64,000 nt of DNA from Eledone cirrhosa (taxonomy: Eukaryota): contig OZ024744.1 of the NCBI GenBank assembly GCA_964016885.1, positions 41,664,001-41,728,000 of the forward strand, read 5' to 3'. Below, piece by piece: positions 24,680-35,400 of the stretch. The notes below the pieces were generated by a model. It did not search any database, was not told where the DNA came from, and was given only the letters and a program-made list of their open reading frames with translations. The first letter of the stretch is position 1, and each line of letters opens with the position of its first letter. The translations under genes and the position numbers were made by a program.

Positions 24680-26378
24680 ATGAAATCAAGCAAAATGGAC
24701 TCTTCCCCACCAAAGACGACTGACGTCACCACCACCACAACTGAAAATAAAATTAATATTAACGATAGCAACAACAACAACAATGACATTATAAAACCGA
24801 CCCTCAGTTTCGCCATCGTAGCAAAACAATTCGAAGCGTTCACGGTAACTCAAGAAGATTTAGAAAATGCCAAACAAATGGTAAAGAAAGATGGGTACAG
24901 GGTCAGCCTCACCCCCCCCACCTAATAAAATGGAGCATCGGCGCCTGTGCACCGTGTCGTATAGAACAATAAATGTAAAATCGCGCCGAGTGGAACGGGC
25001 ATCCGAGTCCCAAATCCAAAAAGCTTTGGGACATGTGTGGGCAAGAAAAACCCACATCAGACGTGGGCAAAAGTATGGAACCGTGGATGTGTTCTTTGAA
25101 ACACCAGAGGAGGCTAGAGAACACTCCATGGCCCCATTAAAAAGTGACGACCTCACACTCGTCCCAAGCTATTGTGGCCAGAGACTCGTAAAGATCAGGG
25201 TGACCCACGTTCCACCGGCCATCGAAATTCCCTGGCTAATAGCGGCTGTCCTCGCCGGCATCGAAGCCAACACGAAAATAATAGCAGTAGCAAAAGAAAA
25301 GCAGGAAAACTGGTCCGGATCTGGGATGGAGCTCCTGATCCAAGCGGACCAAAAAAGCATTGAGGAGATCCCAGAGGTAATAGACCTCACTGACGGCAGC
25401 CACCTCACGGTAATTGTCGAGGGCAGAAGACCTAGGTGTGTCGTTTGTGGTGAAGGAACCCACCTAAGGGCTTTCTGCCCTCAGGCTAAAAGGTTGAGGC
25501 CACCTCTCCTACCCACCCCAGTGACACAACCATCAACACCACCAGTAGCAGAGATGGCAGCAACAACTGTAGCAGCAACAACAGAAGCAACTATAACAGC
25601 AACAACCCCAGCAACAGTAGCAAAACCAACACCACTACCACCACCAGCAAAACCAACACCACCACCACCCAACGCTACAGAACTAGCACCAGCGCCTACA
25701 CCATCCACCACACCACAACCAAAACTAACGTCTGTGGAGGATTTTCCACTCCCCGGCCTATCACAACTGGAGACAGATTGTGACGACAAGGAGTGGGAAA
25801 CGATATCCGGAAAAAAAAAAAGAAACCAAAAAAGAAAAAATTCTCTTCCTTCCCCATCCAAAAACAAAATACAGAGGGAAACAAATAAACTAAGAAACAA
25901 AAAAGTTAGGACAGATATGCCACCATCCACACCAGCATCACCAACCCCATCAACACAAACACCAACACCATCACCATCATTAACTCCAACACCACTATCA
26001 CCTACACCACAAAAGTCACCAAAATGCGAAACAGAAACAAACCCACAACAAACGCAAGCAAAACAAAACAACCAAAACGATACACACTACACAGCATTAA
26101 ATTTGAACAACAAGCAATTATTACACTACATCCAACACAACACCAGCATCACAGAAAAAGACTACACAACAACCCCAAAATTCACACCACCTCCACACAT
26201 ACAAATCACTCGCATCACACAGAAAACGTACATGACACTAAAACAAAAATTCCCCAAAGACATCGGAGACTTCCGACAAGCACTCTCCAGGAGGATTTAT
26301 AAGGACATCCTTCCTGAGGAGGCCACAAGCAGTGAAAAGGATGAAAAAGCCGTCCTTCCCCTACGAGAAGTAAGGTAA
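24680..26378 (+). pseudogene. E1 ORF1 (CCHC knuckle, Pro/Thr-rich), +1 frameshift in the C8 run near 24912
   Basis: ORFs 24680..24925 and 24891..26378 together align to E2 ORF1; CVVCGEGTHLRAFC. Confidence 0.85.
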
Positions 26379-26412
26379 GTGGTCTTTCCCATCTTTTCCA
26401 TTCCTTTTCAAC

Positions 26413-29400
26413 ATTACCTCACTCAGAATAGGCAGCATAAATGCGCGTGGCTTGGGGTCGTCATGGAAGCAGGGCCACCTGCTCAACGACCTCAGGTCAC
26501 TAAACATAGATGTAGTGGCCATCAGCGAGACCAGAATCTCCGAAGCACAGGCTTTCGCACCGATCTTCGGCGGCTACGATGTGTACGCATCTCCCAGCCG
26601 TCCGGGATCGGGGGGAGGAGTTGCTGTGCTTTTTCGGAGAGGTTTGGATCTTGCCATACGGGCCATATTCCTGGACCCAGAAGGTAAGTTGGTGGTGCTG
26701 GACGTGACCAGCGGAGACGGGCAAGCTTTCAGGTTAGTGGCCGTCTATGCCCCGACAGGAGCAGGGCGGCCTGATTTCTTCCGGCGTCTGGAGACCTTTC
26801 TTGGAACGTCCCGCTCTTTAGTGTTAGTGGGCAACTGGAACGGGATCTTAGATGCACGCTGGGATTGTGTGGGATTAGTGGATAGGGAAGGAGGGTGCAA
26901 GAGTCTCACCAACCTGCTCAGACGTTTTGAACTGTCTGACAGGTACCGAATGGATTTCCCGAATGTACCAATGTGGACTTGGACAAATCGCATAGGGTCA
27001 TCCAGATCATATCTAGATAGAGTATTTTGTAGGGAAATAGATAGGTCTAGCATAGGCTGTCCACAATTCAAGATAGTCAGCTACACGGACCACAAATTCG
27101 TGATCTGTGTGCTTGACTTAGATATGCTTCATAGACGAGGACCCGGCTACTGGAAGCTAAACGCGTCCTTACCAGCGCGCAAGGCCTACAGAGACCGGAT
27201 TAGCGAACTAGTTAAGCGGGCGTTGACGGGGGCCATCGTCAACAACAAGTGGTGGTTTGCTCTGAAAAGAGCAATTAGAATAGAGTCCATTAGGTTTAGT
27301 AATACTTTAGCAATAGAGAAAAATAGAGCAGAGGGAGAATTAGTTAGAAAATTAGATGAGGCGCTTAGCAAAGGCATCGCGACCGACGTACTTGCGGCGA
27401 AATTGGCCCTTGACCAATTCTTCAATGCAAAGCACGAAGGCTGCGTTGTCAGAGCTAGGGTGCGTGCTCTCAGACACGAGGGGACGAAAGCCGTTCAATG
27501 GGCCCGAGTGGCAGAGGCGCGTCGTGGCAACAAAGCCACGATCCGGTCTTTGGTGGACCACGACGGGCGCATGCTACTCGATCCCGGGCAAATGTGTGAA
27601 GCTTTTCAGCGACACTTCGCTCAACTGTTCGGGGGAAGTGGCGGGCCGGGTCGAGGGATGGACTTTAGTGTCTACCTCGACGGACTGCCGCGGCTCTCGA
27701 CCACTGAGGCGGAGTGTTGCGAAAAGCCGATAACAGCCGCTGAAGTAAGTGAGGCAATGACTGGCTGCACAAGGGGTAAATCGCCTGGTTTGGATGGTCT
27801 GCCCTATGAACTTTACGTACAAATGCCAAACTTGTTCGGAGGCCTCTTGGCGGACGTCTACTGCAACTGGCAACAGAACGGGAGAATTCCCAGCTCTGTG
27901 AGCCGAGGAGCGGTGGCGCTGCTGAGAAAGGATCCGAACAAGGGGGATAACATAGATAATTTTAGGCCCATAACTCTGCTAAACACAGAGTTCAAGATTT
28001 TGGCCAAGGTGCTAGAAAAGAGGTTGGCGCTTGTCGTTGGTGGTCTGGTGGGAGAGGCACAGACATGCGCCATTCCCGACAGATCCATCCACGACAACCT
28101 CCACCTCATGCGATACATCGTAGAGAGGGTAGCTAGGGAACCTGGCACGGGTGGGTCTTTGATCAATTTAGATCAGTCGAAAGCCTTGGATAGGGTCGAC
28201 CATCGTTACCTAGCGGCAGTCCTGAGGGCGGCTGGCTTTGGGCCCTTCTTCAGAGGCTGGATCGCTGCCATGCACAACGACATCTGCTCTGTAGTGAGAG
28301 TGAACGGTCACCTTTCGGAACCGTTCAACATCATGCGCTCGGTTCGCCAAGGATGTCCCCTCTCGTCCCTATTGTACGTATTGACTCTCGAGCCATTACT
28401 GCACAAACTGGAGACGTTGAGGGGGGTCCCGCGCGAACTAGGATGCGGAAGATCCGTGTCAGCATATGCGGACGATGTCACCGTAGTGGTGTCGAACGCC
28501 AAACACATCGAGGCGATCGGCACTACACTAAGAGAATACGAAGCGGTGACAGGAGCAATGATCAACCAGGAAAAGTCAGTGGGCCTGCAGCTCGGCACCT
28601 GGAGAGGCAGGTCCATGCCGTCCAACAGCGTCGTCGGGCGCTGGACGGACGGACCGGTTAAATTGCTAGGGGTCTGGTTCGGTCCAGACCTCCAGACGGA
28701 CAAAAACTGGGACGAGGTGACGAGCAGGGTGGCTTCTCTCACCCAGAAATGGGCCGAGAGGAAGCTATCCCTGAAAGGTCGAGCGGAGTTGGCGAATGCG
28801 TACATTGCATCCGTCATCTACTACCGCCTGACCATCGTACTTTGTCCTAAGCCCCGCCTGACTGCGCTGGAGCGTTTGCTCTTTCGCTTCTTGTGGAAGG
28901 GACGCGCTCCGATGGTCAGGCGGTCCATCTGCTGTCAACACCCACTACGTGGAGGGCTGGGCATGCCGTGGCTGATGATGCGCAGACACGCGCTCAGGCT
29001 ACGACATCTCCACCTCTTCCTCGACGGTGATCAGGTGTGGTCGCCGTTTGCAAGACACGTTTTTCCCCAGCTCGTCTCCTTGACGGAGCTGCAGTCCTGG
29101 GTCAAGCGAAGACCGAGAGGGAGCGCTTGGAGACTGGAATGTCTTCAGGCGCTCACAGCCCTCGACCAATCGGGCAATGTGATCGGTGGAAACTCCACCT
29201 TGGCGTTCTATAGGGGATTAGTGGAGGGGAAGAGCGACGACGTACTTGGAGAAACTCTTGGCGTCGACGAAAATCAACTAGCCAATCTCTTCGGAAGGAC
29301 TTTCGGGCCGGGGCCTATGGACAACTTCCAGAAATCCCTGGCCTGGCAGTGCTACCGAGGAGCTTTGCCAGTTCGGGATAAACTCTACAGGCATGGAGGT

Positions 29401-29832
29401 GCCGTCAGCCGGGCATGTCCGAGATGCGCGCAGGGCGACGAAACCGTCCTGCACGCACTCGTCCAGTGTCCGAGCATTGCTGACTTGTGGGTTTATGTCG
29501 AACACCTGCTGTCACGTGTAGGACGGATCCAGCTATCATCTGAGTCCATCGTGAGGATTGCCCCGCCTCCTTCCTTTAGCCTGGAAGGGCAGGCAGTTTT
29601 TATCTGTCTGGTGGCCATGGCGAAAGAGATAGTATGGTGGACACGTTTGAAAGGGCTGAAGACGAGCACTTACATCTTCGGTGATGCCCTGATTAACTTT
29701 TTCAAATTTCATTTGAAAAGGAAAATCAGGGTAGAGAGGGAAGTGCTCTCTTCCCAGCATTTTGTTGAAAGATGGGTGAGAGAAGCAAGTATGGCCCGAA
29801 TGAATGGGCCTTCTCTGAGTATGTGTCTGTAA
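26413..29832 (+). CDS. E1 ORF2 (APE-RT-CCHC), open, but start codon is ATT
   Basis: Colinear with E2 ORF2; YADD intact; APE GDWN is GNWN and DQSKAFD is DQSKALD. Confidence 0.88.
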   Translation: MTSLRIGSINARGLGSSWKQGHLLNDLRSLNIDVVAISETRISEAQAFAPIFGGYDVYASPSRPGSGGGVAVLFRRGLDLAIRAIFLDPEGKLVVLDVTSGDGQAFRLVAVYAPTGAGRPDFFRRLETFLGTSRSLVLVGNWNGILDARWDCVGLVDREGGCKSLTNLLRRFELSDRYRMDFPNVPMWTWTNRIGSSRSYLDRVFCREIDRSSIGCPQFKIVSYTDHKFVICVLDLDMLHRRGPGYWKLNASLPARKAYRDRISELVKRALTGAIVNNKWWFALKRAIRIESIRFSNTLAIEKNRAEGELVRKLDEALSKGIATDVLAAKLALDQFFNAKHEGCVVRARVRALRHEGTKAVQWARVAEARRGNKATIRSLVDHDGRMLLDPGQMCEAFQRHFAQLFGGSGGPGRGMDFSVYLDGLPRLSTTEAECCEKPITAAEVSEAMTGCTRGKSPGLDGLPYELYVQMPNLFGGLLADVYCNWQQNGRIPSSVSRGAVALLRKDPNKGDNIDNFRPITLLNTEFKILAKVLEKRLALVVGGLVGEAQTCAIPDRSIHDNLHLMRYIVERVAREPGTGGSLINLDQSKALDRVDHRYLAAVLRAAGFGPFFRGWIAAMHNDICSVVRVNGHLSEPFNIMRSVRQGCPLSSLLYVLTLEPLLHKLETLRGVPRELGCGRSVSAYADDVTVVVSNAKHIEAIGTTLREYEAVTGAMINQEKSVGLQLGTWRGRSMPSNSVVGRWTDGPVKLLGVWFGPDLQTDKNWDEVTSRVASLTQKWAERKLSLKGRAELANAYIASVIYYRLTIVLCPKPRLTALERLLFRFLWKGRAPMVRRSICCQHPLRGGLGMPWLMMRRHALRLRHLHLFLDGDQVWSPFARHVFPQLVSLTELQSWVKRRPRGSAWRLECLQALTALDQSGNVIGGNSTLAFYRGLVEGKSDDVLGETLGVDENQLANLFGRTFGPGPMDNFQKSLAWQCYRGALPVRDKLYRHGGAVSRACPRCAQGDETVLHALVQCPSIADLWVYVEHLLSRVGRIQLSSESIVRIAPPPSFSLEGQAVFICLVAMAKEIVWWTRLKGLKTSTYIFGDALINFFKFHLKRKIRVEREVLSSQHFVERWVREASMARMNGPSLSMCL

Positions 29833-30311
29833 ATTAAAGGTGGAAACTGGGAGAGGGCACTTGCCCTGGTGGTCAGGGCCACTGTGGTCTTTTAATGGGC
29901 TTTCTCCACAAATGTCCCTTGGAAGTCTCCCCCCTATTGGGGAATTTTTCTTTGTTATTTTATTTCAACCTCTGTTTTTTTTACACGCAGAAATGCCCAT
30001 TTGTACCGTCCTGTATTGTCCTGTACTGTCCTTAATGTCTACTTTATGTGAACCCTTGTGGTTAATAAAGAAAACATTATTATTATTATTATTATTGAAT
30101 GCCATGGTTGACGGAGTCTCGGCTCTGTAAGGTATAGTAATTTTTAACCGTTAAAACAATTGTAAATTGTTTAAAACTTGAACCAAATTGTTGATAAAGA
30201 CACCCTCCTCCTCGTGAGAGGGGTCTTTCTGTCCGTTCTTTGGCCCTTCGGGGTTAAATAACCAGTTATTGGGGTTTTGTACACAAAATTTCATTTTAAA
30301 CAAAAAACAAC

Positions 30312-32408
30312 ATGGCTACGAAAAAGAAATTTCATACGTCACTCCCACTCATTCCGTCTTCTTCTTCCTCAATTATCACTACAGCAGAGAGAAGATTGTC
30401 TCTCTCCCTCCCTTCTTTAAATGTGTCTCTCTCCCTCCCTTCTCTTTCGCAAGTGACGAAAGAAAAGAAAAGTCTCGTGCAAAGCGTGCAAGGTTTCTCC
30501 ACGACGACGACGACAGCGACGAAACAGGTGTGCGGGAAATACGAAAACCCAGTTCATTCGTCTGACGTCAGGAATAATAGCAGTAGCAGCCGTAATAACA
30601 ACAGCAACAGTGACAATGAAAACAACAGTAGCAGCCGCAACAGCATCACCAGCAGCATAAACAACAACAGCATTAGCAGCAGCAACACCAACAACAACCA
30701 CAGCAACAGCGGCGGAGGCAGTAGTCGTAGTACCTGCAGCAACAACAAAAGTACCAGCAGCTCTGACGACAACAACAACAGCAGAGAAAAACCAATCTCA
30801 TTTGCAGGTATTGCGAAAAACTTGGAAACAATCCTCATAACAAATGAGGAATTAGAGGAAGCGAAGAAGATGGTGACAAAGAACGGACACCGAGCAATCT
30901 GCAAGGCAGCGGAAAAATTTTTCGAAACCCAAGAGCACTGTACGGTCACGTACCGTACAGTAAGTACAAAATCCCGTAGGGTGGAAAGAGCCACAGAGGC
31001 CCAAATACAAAAAGCCTTGGGGTCTGTGTGGCAGCGGAAAACGCACATCACCCGAGGCAAAAAATATGCCACCGTAGACGTACTTTTTGCCACACCCCAG
31101 GAGGCAAAGGCCCAATCAGTAGTGACCCTAAGTAGCGAGGAAATGGTGTTGGTGCCCTCCTACTGCGGGCAAAAAATTGTGAGGGTCAAACTGACCCACG
31201 TTCCCCCCGGAATGACCCCTTCTTGGCTGGCCGCGTCTGTCCTCGTCGGAATCGAGGACAAAACAACTGTACTGCAAGTACAGAAAAAAGTAAGAGAAGA
31301 TTGGGTCGGCTCCTCCATTGAGATGCTAATCCAAACCAACCAGGAGTGCATCGAAGCTATCCCGGATGTGATAGACTTCGATAACGGCACTCAACTGCCC
31401 ATAAGTGTTGAGGGCAAACGCCCGAAATGCTTTCGCTGTGGATCGAAGACTCACCTCGGGGCCTTCTGCAACGAGAAGACCCTGAGAAAGGAGAAAGCCC
31501 CCCTCCTTCCGAATCCGGCTCCACGGCTACCAGCAACAGGACAAGCGGCAACCAGGAACGATAGGTCCGTGGCACCCATACCCACTCCACGGAAATCAAA
31601 AACAGCAGCAGCAGTGGAAATATTAACAACAACAACAGCAATACCAAATGCAGCTGCAACAGAGACTCCAGTGCAAACATCACCAACAACAACAAGTGAA
31701 AGAGTGGAGCTGGTACCCCTCCCCGACCTCACAGAATCAGACATGGAGTGTGAGGTGGGAGAGGGATGGCAAAAGGTCGCAAGAAGGCACAAACGCAGAA
31801 GCAGCGCATCGTCGCCTTTGAAAAGGGAGGAAAGAAATGAGAAAAGGGTAAAGTCTACTGCAAAGAGACCCACAGCAGCAACACCACCAACACCATCACC
31901 ACCCACACCAGCACCACCATCACCACCGGCGACAACCCCACCGCCAACAACACCTTCAACACCACCACCACAAGCACCAACATCGCAAACACAACAACAA
32001 AACACACACACCCAGCAACAACGACAAGAAAATAGCAGAACCATACCCCACCCCCAGAAAAACAAATGCACGGCAATAAACACACACAACAAGAAACTAA
32101 TGACTTACATAATTGAACACACAGACATTTCACAACAGGACTACATAATACCAGCACCAATCAAAACGCCAACTAACATAAGACTGCTAAAAATAGCACA
32201 GAAACAATACACAAACATTAAAACGAAATTCCCCAACGCAGTTGATGATTTCAGGGACCTAGGAGGAACCATCAATCGAAGAGTATATTCAGACATTCTC
32301 TTAGAAGAGCCGACGACCAGCCGAAGGGACGATTCAACGGTCCCTTCACCAGACGATCAAGTGAAAAGGGATGTAAAAACCATCCCTCCTCTACCAAAAG
32401 TACGGTAA
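30312..32408 (+). CDS. E2 ORF1, 698 aa (Ser/Asn-rich N-terminus, putative RRM-like core, CCHC)
   Basis: CFRCGSKTHLGAFC knuckle; homologous to but clearly diverged from E1/E3 ORF1. Confidence 0.9.
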   Translation: MATKKKFHTSLPLIPSSSSSIITTAERRLSLSLPSLNVSLSLPSLSQVTKEKKSLVQSVQGFSTTTTTATKQVCGKYENPVHSSDVRNNSSSSRNNNSNSDNENNSSSRNSITSSINNNSISSSNTNNNHSNSGGGSSRSTCSNNKSTSSSDDNNNSREKPISFAGIAKNLETILITNEELEEAKKMVTKNGHRAICKAAEKFFETQEHCTVTYRTVSTKSRRVERATEAQIQKALGSVWQRKTHITRGKKYATVDVLFATPQEAKAQSVVTLSSEEMVLVPSYCGQKIVRVKLTHVPPGMTPSWLAASVLVGIEDKTTVLQVQKKVREDWVGSSIEMLIQTNQECIEAIPDVIDFDNGTQLPISVEGKRPKCFRCGSKTHLGAFCNEKTLRKEKAPLLPNPAPRLPATGQAATRNDRSVAPIPTPRKSKTAAAVEILTTTTAIPNAAATETPVQTSPTTTSERVELVPLPDLTESDMECEVGEGWQKVARRHKRRSSASSPLKREERNEKRVKSTAKRPTAATPPTPSPPTPAPPSPPATTPPPTTPSTPPPQAPTSQTQQQNTHTQQQRQENSRTIPHPQKNKCTAINTHNKKLMTYIIEHTDISQQDYIIPAPIKTPTNIRLLKIAQKQYTNIKTKFPNAVDDFRDLGGTINRRVYSDILLEEPTTSRRDDSTVPSPDDQVKRDVKTIPPLPKVR

Positions 32409-32457
32409 GTGGTCTTTCCCATCTTTTCCACTCTATTTTAAACATGACCTCACTCAG
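32405..32457 (+). other. Predicted 53-nt intron joining ORF1 to ORF2 (equivalents at 26375-26426 and 38319-38370)
   Basis: GTAAGT donor, pyrimidine-rich body, CTCAG/TTCAG acceptor; phase 2 at both ends in all three copies. Confidence 0.5.
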
Positions 32458-35400
32458 AATAGGCAGCATAAATGCGCGTGGCTTGGGGTCGTCATGGAAG
32501 CAGGGTCACCTGCTCAACGACCTCAGGTCACTAAACATAGATGTAGTGGCCATCAGCGAGACCAGAATCTCCGAAGCACGGGCCTTCGCACCGATCTTCG
32601 GCGGCTACGATGTGTACGCATCTCCCAGCCGTCCTGGATCGGGTGGAGGAGTTGCTGTGCTTTTTCGGAGAGGTTTGGATCTCGCCATACGGGCCATCTT
32701 CCTGGACCCAGAGGGTAAGCTGGTGGTGCTGGACGTGACCAGCGGAGACGGGCAAGCTTTCAGGCTAGTGGCCGTCTATGCCCCGACAGGAGCAGGGCGG
32801 CCTGATTTCTTCCGGCGTCTGGAGACCTTTCTTGGAACGTCCCGCTCTTTAGTGTTAGTGGGCGACTGGAACGGGATCTTAGATGCACGCTGGGACTGTG
32901 TGGGATTAGCGGATAGGGGAGGAGGGTGCAAGAGCCTCACCAACCTGCTCAGGCGTTTTGAACTGTCTGACAGGTACCGATTGGATTTCCCGAATGTGCC
33001 AATGTGGACTTGGAAAAACCGCATAGGGTCATCCAGATCATATCTAGATAGAGTATTTTGTAGGGAAATAGATAGGTCTAGCATAGGCTGTCCACAGTTC
33101 AAGATAGTCAGCTACACGGACCACAAATTCGTGACCTGTGTGCTTGACTTAGATAGGCTTCATAGACGAGGACCCGGCTACTGGAAGCTAAACGCGTCCT
33201 TACCAGCGCGCAAGGCCTACAGAGACAGGATTAGCGAACTAGTTAAGCGGGCGTTGACGGGGGCCATCGTCAACAACAAGTGGTGGTTTGCTCTGAAAAG
33301 AGCGATTAGAATAGAATCGATTAGGTTTAGTAAGGCTTTAGCAATAGAGAAAAATAGAGCAGAGGGAGAACTAGTTAGAAAATTAGACGAGGCGCTTAGC
33401 AAAGGCATTGCGACCGACGTGCTTGCGGCGAAATTGGCCCTTGACCAATTCTTCAATGCAAAGCACGAAGGCTGCGTTGTCAGAGCTAGGGTGCGTGCTC
33501 TCAGACACGAGGGGACGAAAGCCGTTCAATGGGCCCGAGTGGCGGAGGCGCGTCGTGGCAACAAAGCCACGATCCGGTCTTTGGTGGACCACGACGGGCG
33601 CATGCTACTCGATCCCGGGCAAATGTGTGAAGCTTTTCAGCGACACTTCGCTCAGCTGTTCGGGGGCAGCGGGGGGCCGGGTCGAGGGATGGACTTGAGT
33701 GTCTACCTCGACGGACTGCCGCGGCTCTCGGCCACTGAGGCGAAGTGTTGCGAAAAGCCGATAACAGCCGCTGAAGTAAGGGAGGCAATGACTGGCTGCA
33801 CAAGGGGTAAATCGCCTGGTTTGGATGGTCTGCCCTATGAACTTTACGTACAGATGCCAGACTTGTTCGGAGGCCTCTTGGCGGACGTCTACTGCAACTG
33901 GCAACAGAACGGGAGAATTCCCAGTTCTGTGAGCCGAGGAGCGGTGGCACTGCTGAGAAAGGATCCGAACAAGGGGGATAACATAGACAATTTCCGGCCC
34001 ATAACTCTGCTAAACACAGAGTTTAAGATTTTGGCCAAGGTGCTAGCAAAGAGGTTGGCGCTTGTCGTTGGTGGTCTGGTGGGAGAGGCGCAGACATGCG
34101 CCATTCCCGACAGATCCATCCACGACAACCTCCACCTCATGCGATACATCGTAGAGAGGGTAGCTAGGGAACCTGGCACGGGTGGGTCCTTGATCAATTT
34201 AGATCAGTCGAAAGCTTTCGATAGGGTCGACCATCGTTACCTAGCGGCAGTCCTGAGGGCGGCTGGCTTTGGGCCCGTCTTCAGAGGCTGGATCGCTGCC
34301 ATGCACAGCGACATCTGCTCTGTGGTGAGAGTGAACGGTCACCTGTCGGAACCGTTCAACATCATGCGCTCGGTCCGCCAAGGATGTCCCCTCTCGTCCC
34401 TCTTGTACGTATTGACTCTCGAGCCATTACTGCACAAACTGGAGACGTTGAGGGGAGTCCCGCGCGAACTAGGATGCGGAAGATCCGTGTCAGCATATGC
34501 GGACGATGTCACCGTAGTGGTGTCGAACGCCAAACACATCGAGGCGATCGGCACTACACTAAGAGAATACGAAGCGGTGACAGGAGCAATGATCAACCAG
34601 GAAAAGTCAGTGGGCCTGCAGCTCGGCACCTGGAGAGGCAGGTCCATGCCGTCCAACAGCGTCGTCGGGTGCTGGACGGACGGACCGGTTAAATTGCTAG
34701 GGGTCTGGTTCGGTCCGGACCTCCAGACGGACAAAAACTGGGACGAGGTGACGAGCAGGGTGGCTTCTCTCACCCAGAAATGGGCGGAGAGGAAGCTATC
34801 CCTGAAAGGTCGAGCGGAGGTGGCTAACGCGTACATCGCGTCTGTCATCTGCTACCGCCTAACCGTCGTACCTTGTCCTAAGCCTCACCTGACTGCGCTG
34901 GAGCGTTTGCTCTTTCGCTTTTTGTGGAAGGGACGTGCTCCGATGGTCAGGCGGTCCATCTGTTGTCAACACCCACTACGTGGAGGGCTGGGCATGCCGT
35001 GGCTGATGATGCGCAGACACGCGCTCAGGCTACGACATCTCCACCTCTTCCTCGACGGTGATCAGGTGTGGTCGCCGTTTGCTAGACGCGTTTTTCCCCA
35101 GCTCGTTTCCTTGACGGAGCTGCAGTCCTGGGTCAAGCGAAGACCGAGAGGGAGCGCCTGGAGACTGGAATGTCTTCAGGCGCTCACAGCCCTCGACCAA
35201 TCGGGCAATGTGATCGGTGGAAACTCCACCTCGGCGTTCTATAGAGGATTAGTGGAGGGGAAGAGCGACGACGTACTTGGGGAAACTCTAGGCGTCGACG
35301 AAAATCAACTAGCCAATCTCTTCGGAAGAACTTTCGGGCCAGGGCCTATGGACAACTTCCAGAAATCTCTGGCCTGGCAGTGCTACCGAGGAGCCTTGCC

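Larger units (their letters stand above)
24178..30075 (+). mobile_element. Full-length Tx1/L1-clade LINE E1 (ORF1 type A)
   Basis: Starts GGCGACCTACGTAG exactly as E3 does; uORF, ORF1, ORF2; ends AATAAAGAAAAC followed by (ATT)7. Confidence 0.95.

Noticed and set aside
25481-26071. Antisense ORFs over ORF1 and ORF2 (also 31451-32092, 28308-28817 and similar)
   Set aside because: Shadows of the A/C-rich or GC-rich sense coding strand, with no motifs
26376-26415. ORF1-ORF2 stop-codon readthrough
   Set aside because: The spacer is 34 or 35 nt, out of frame and different between copies
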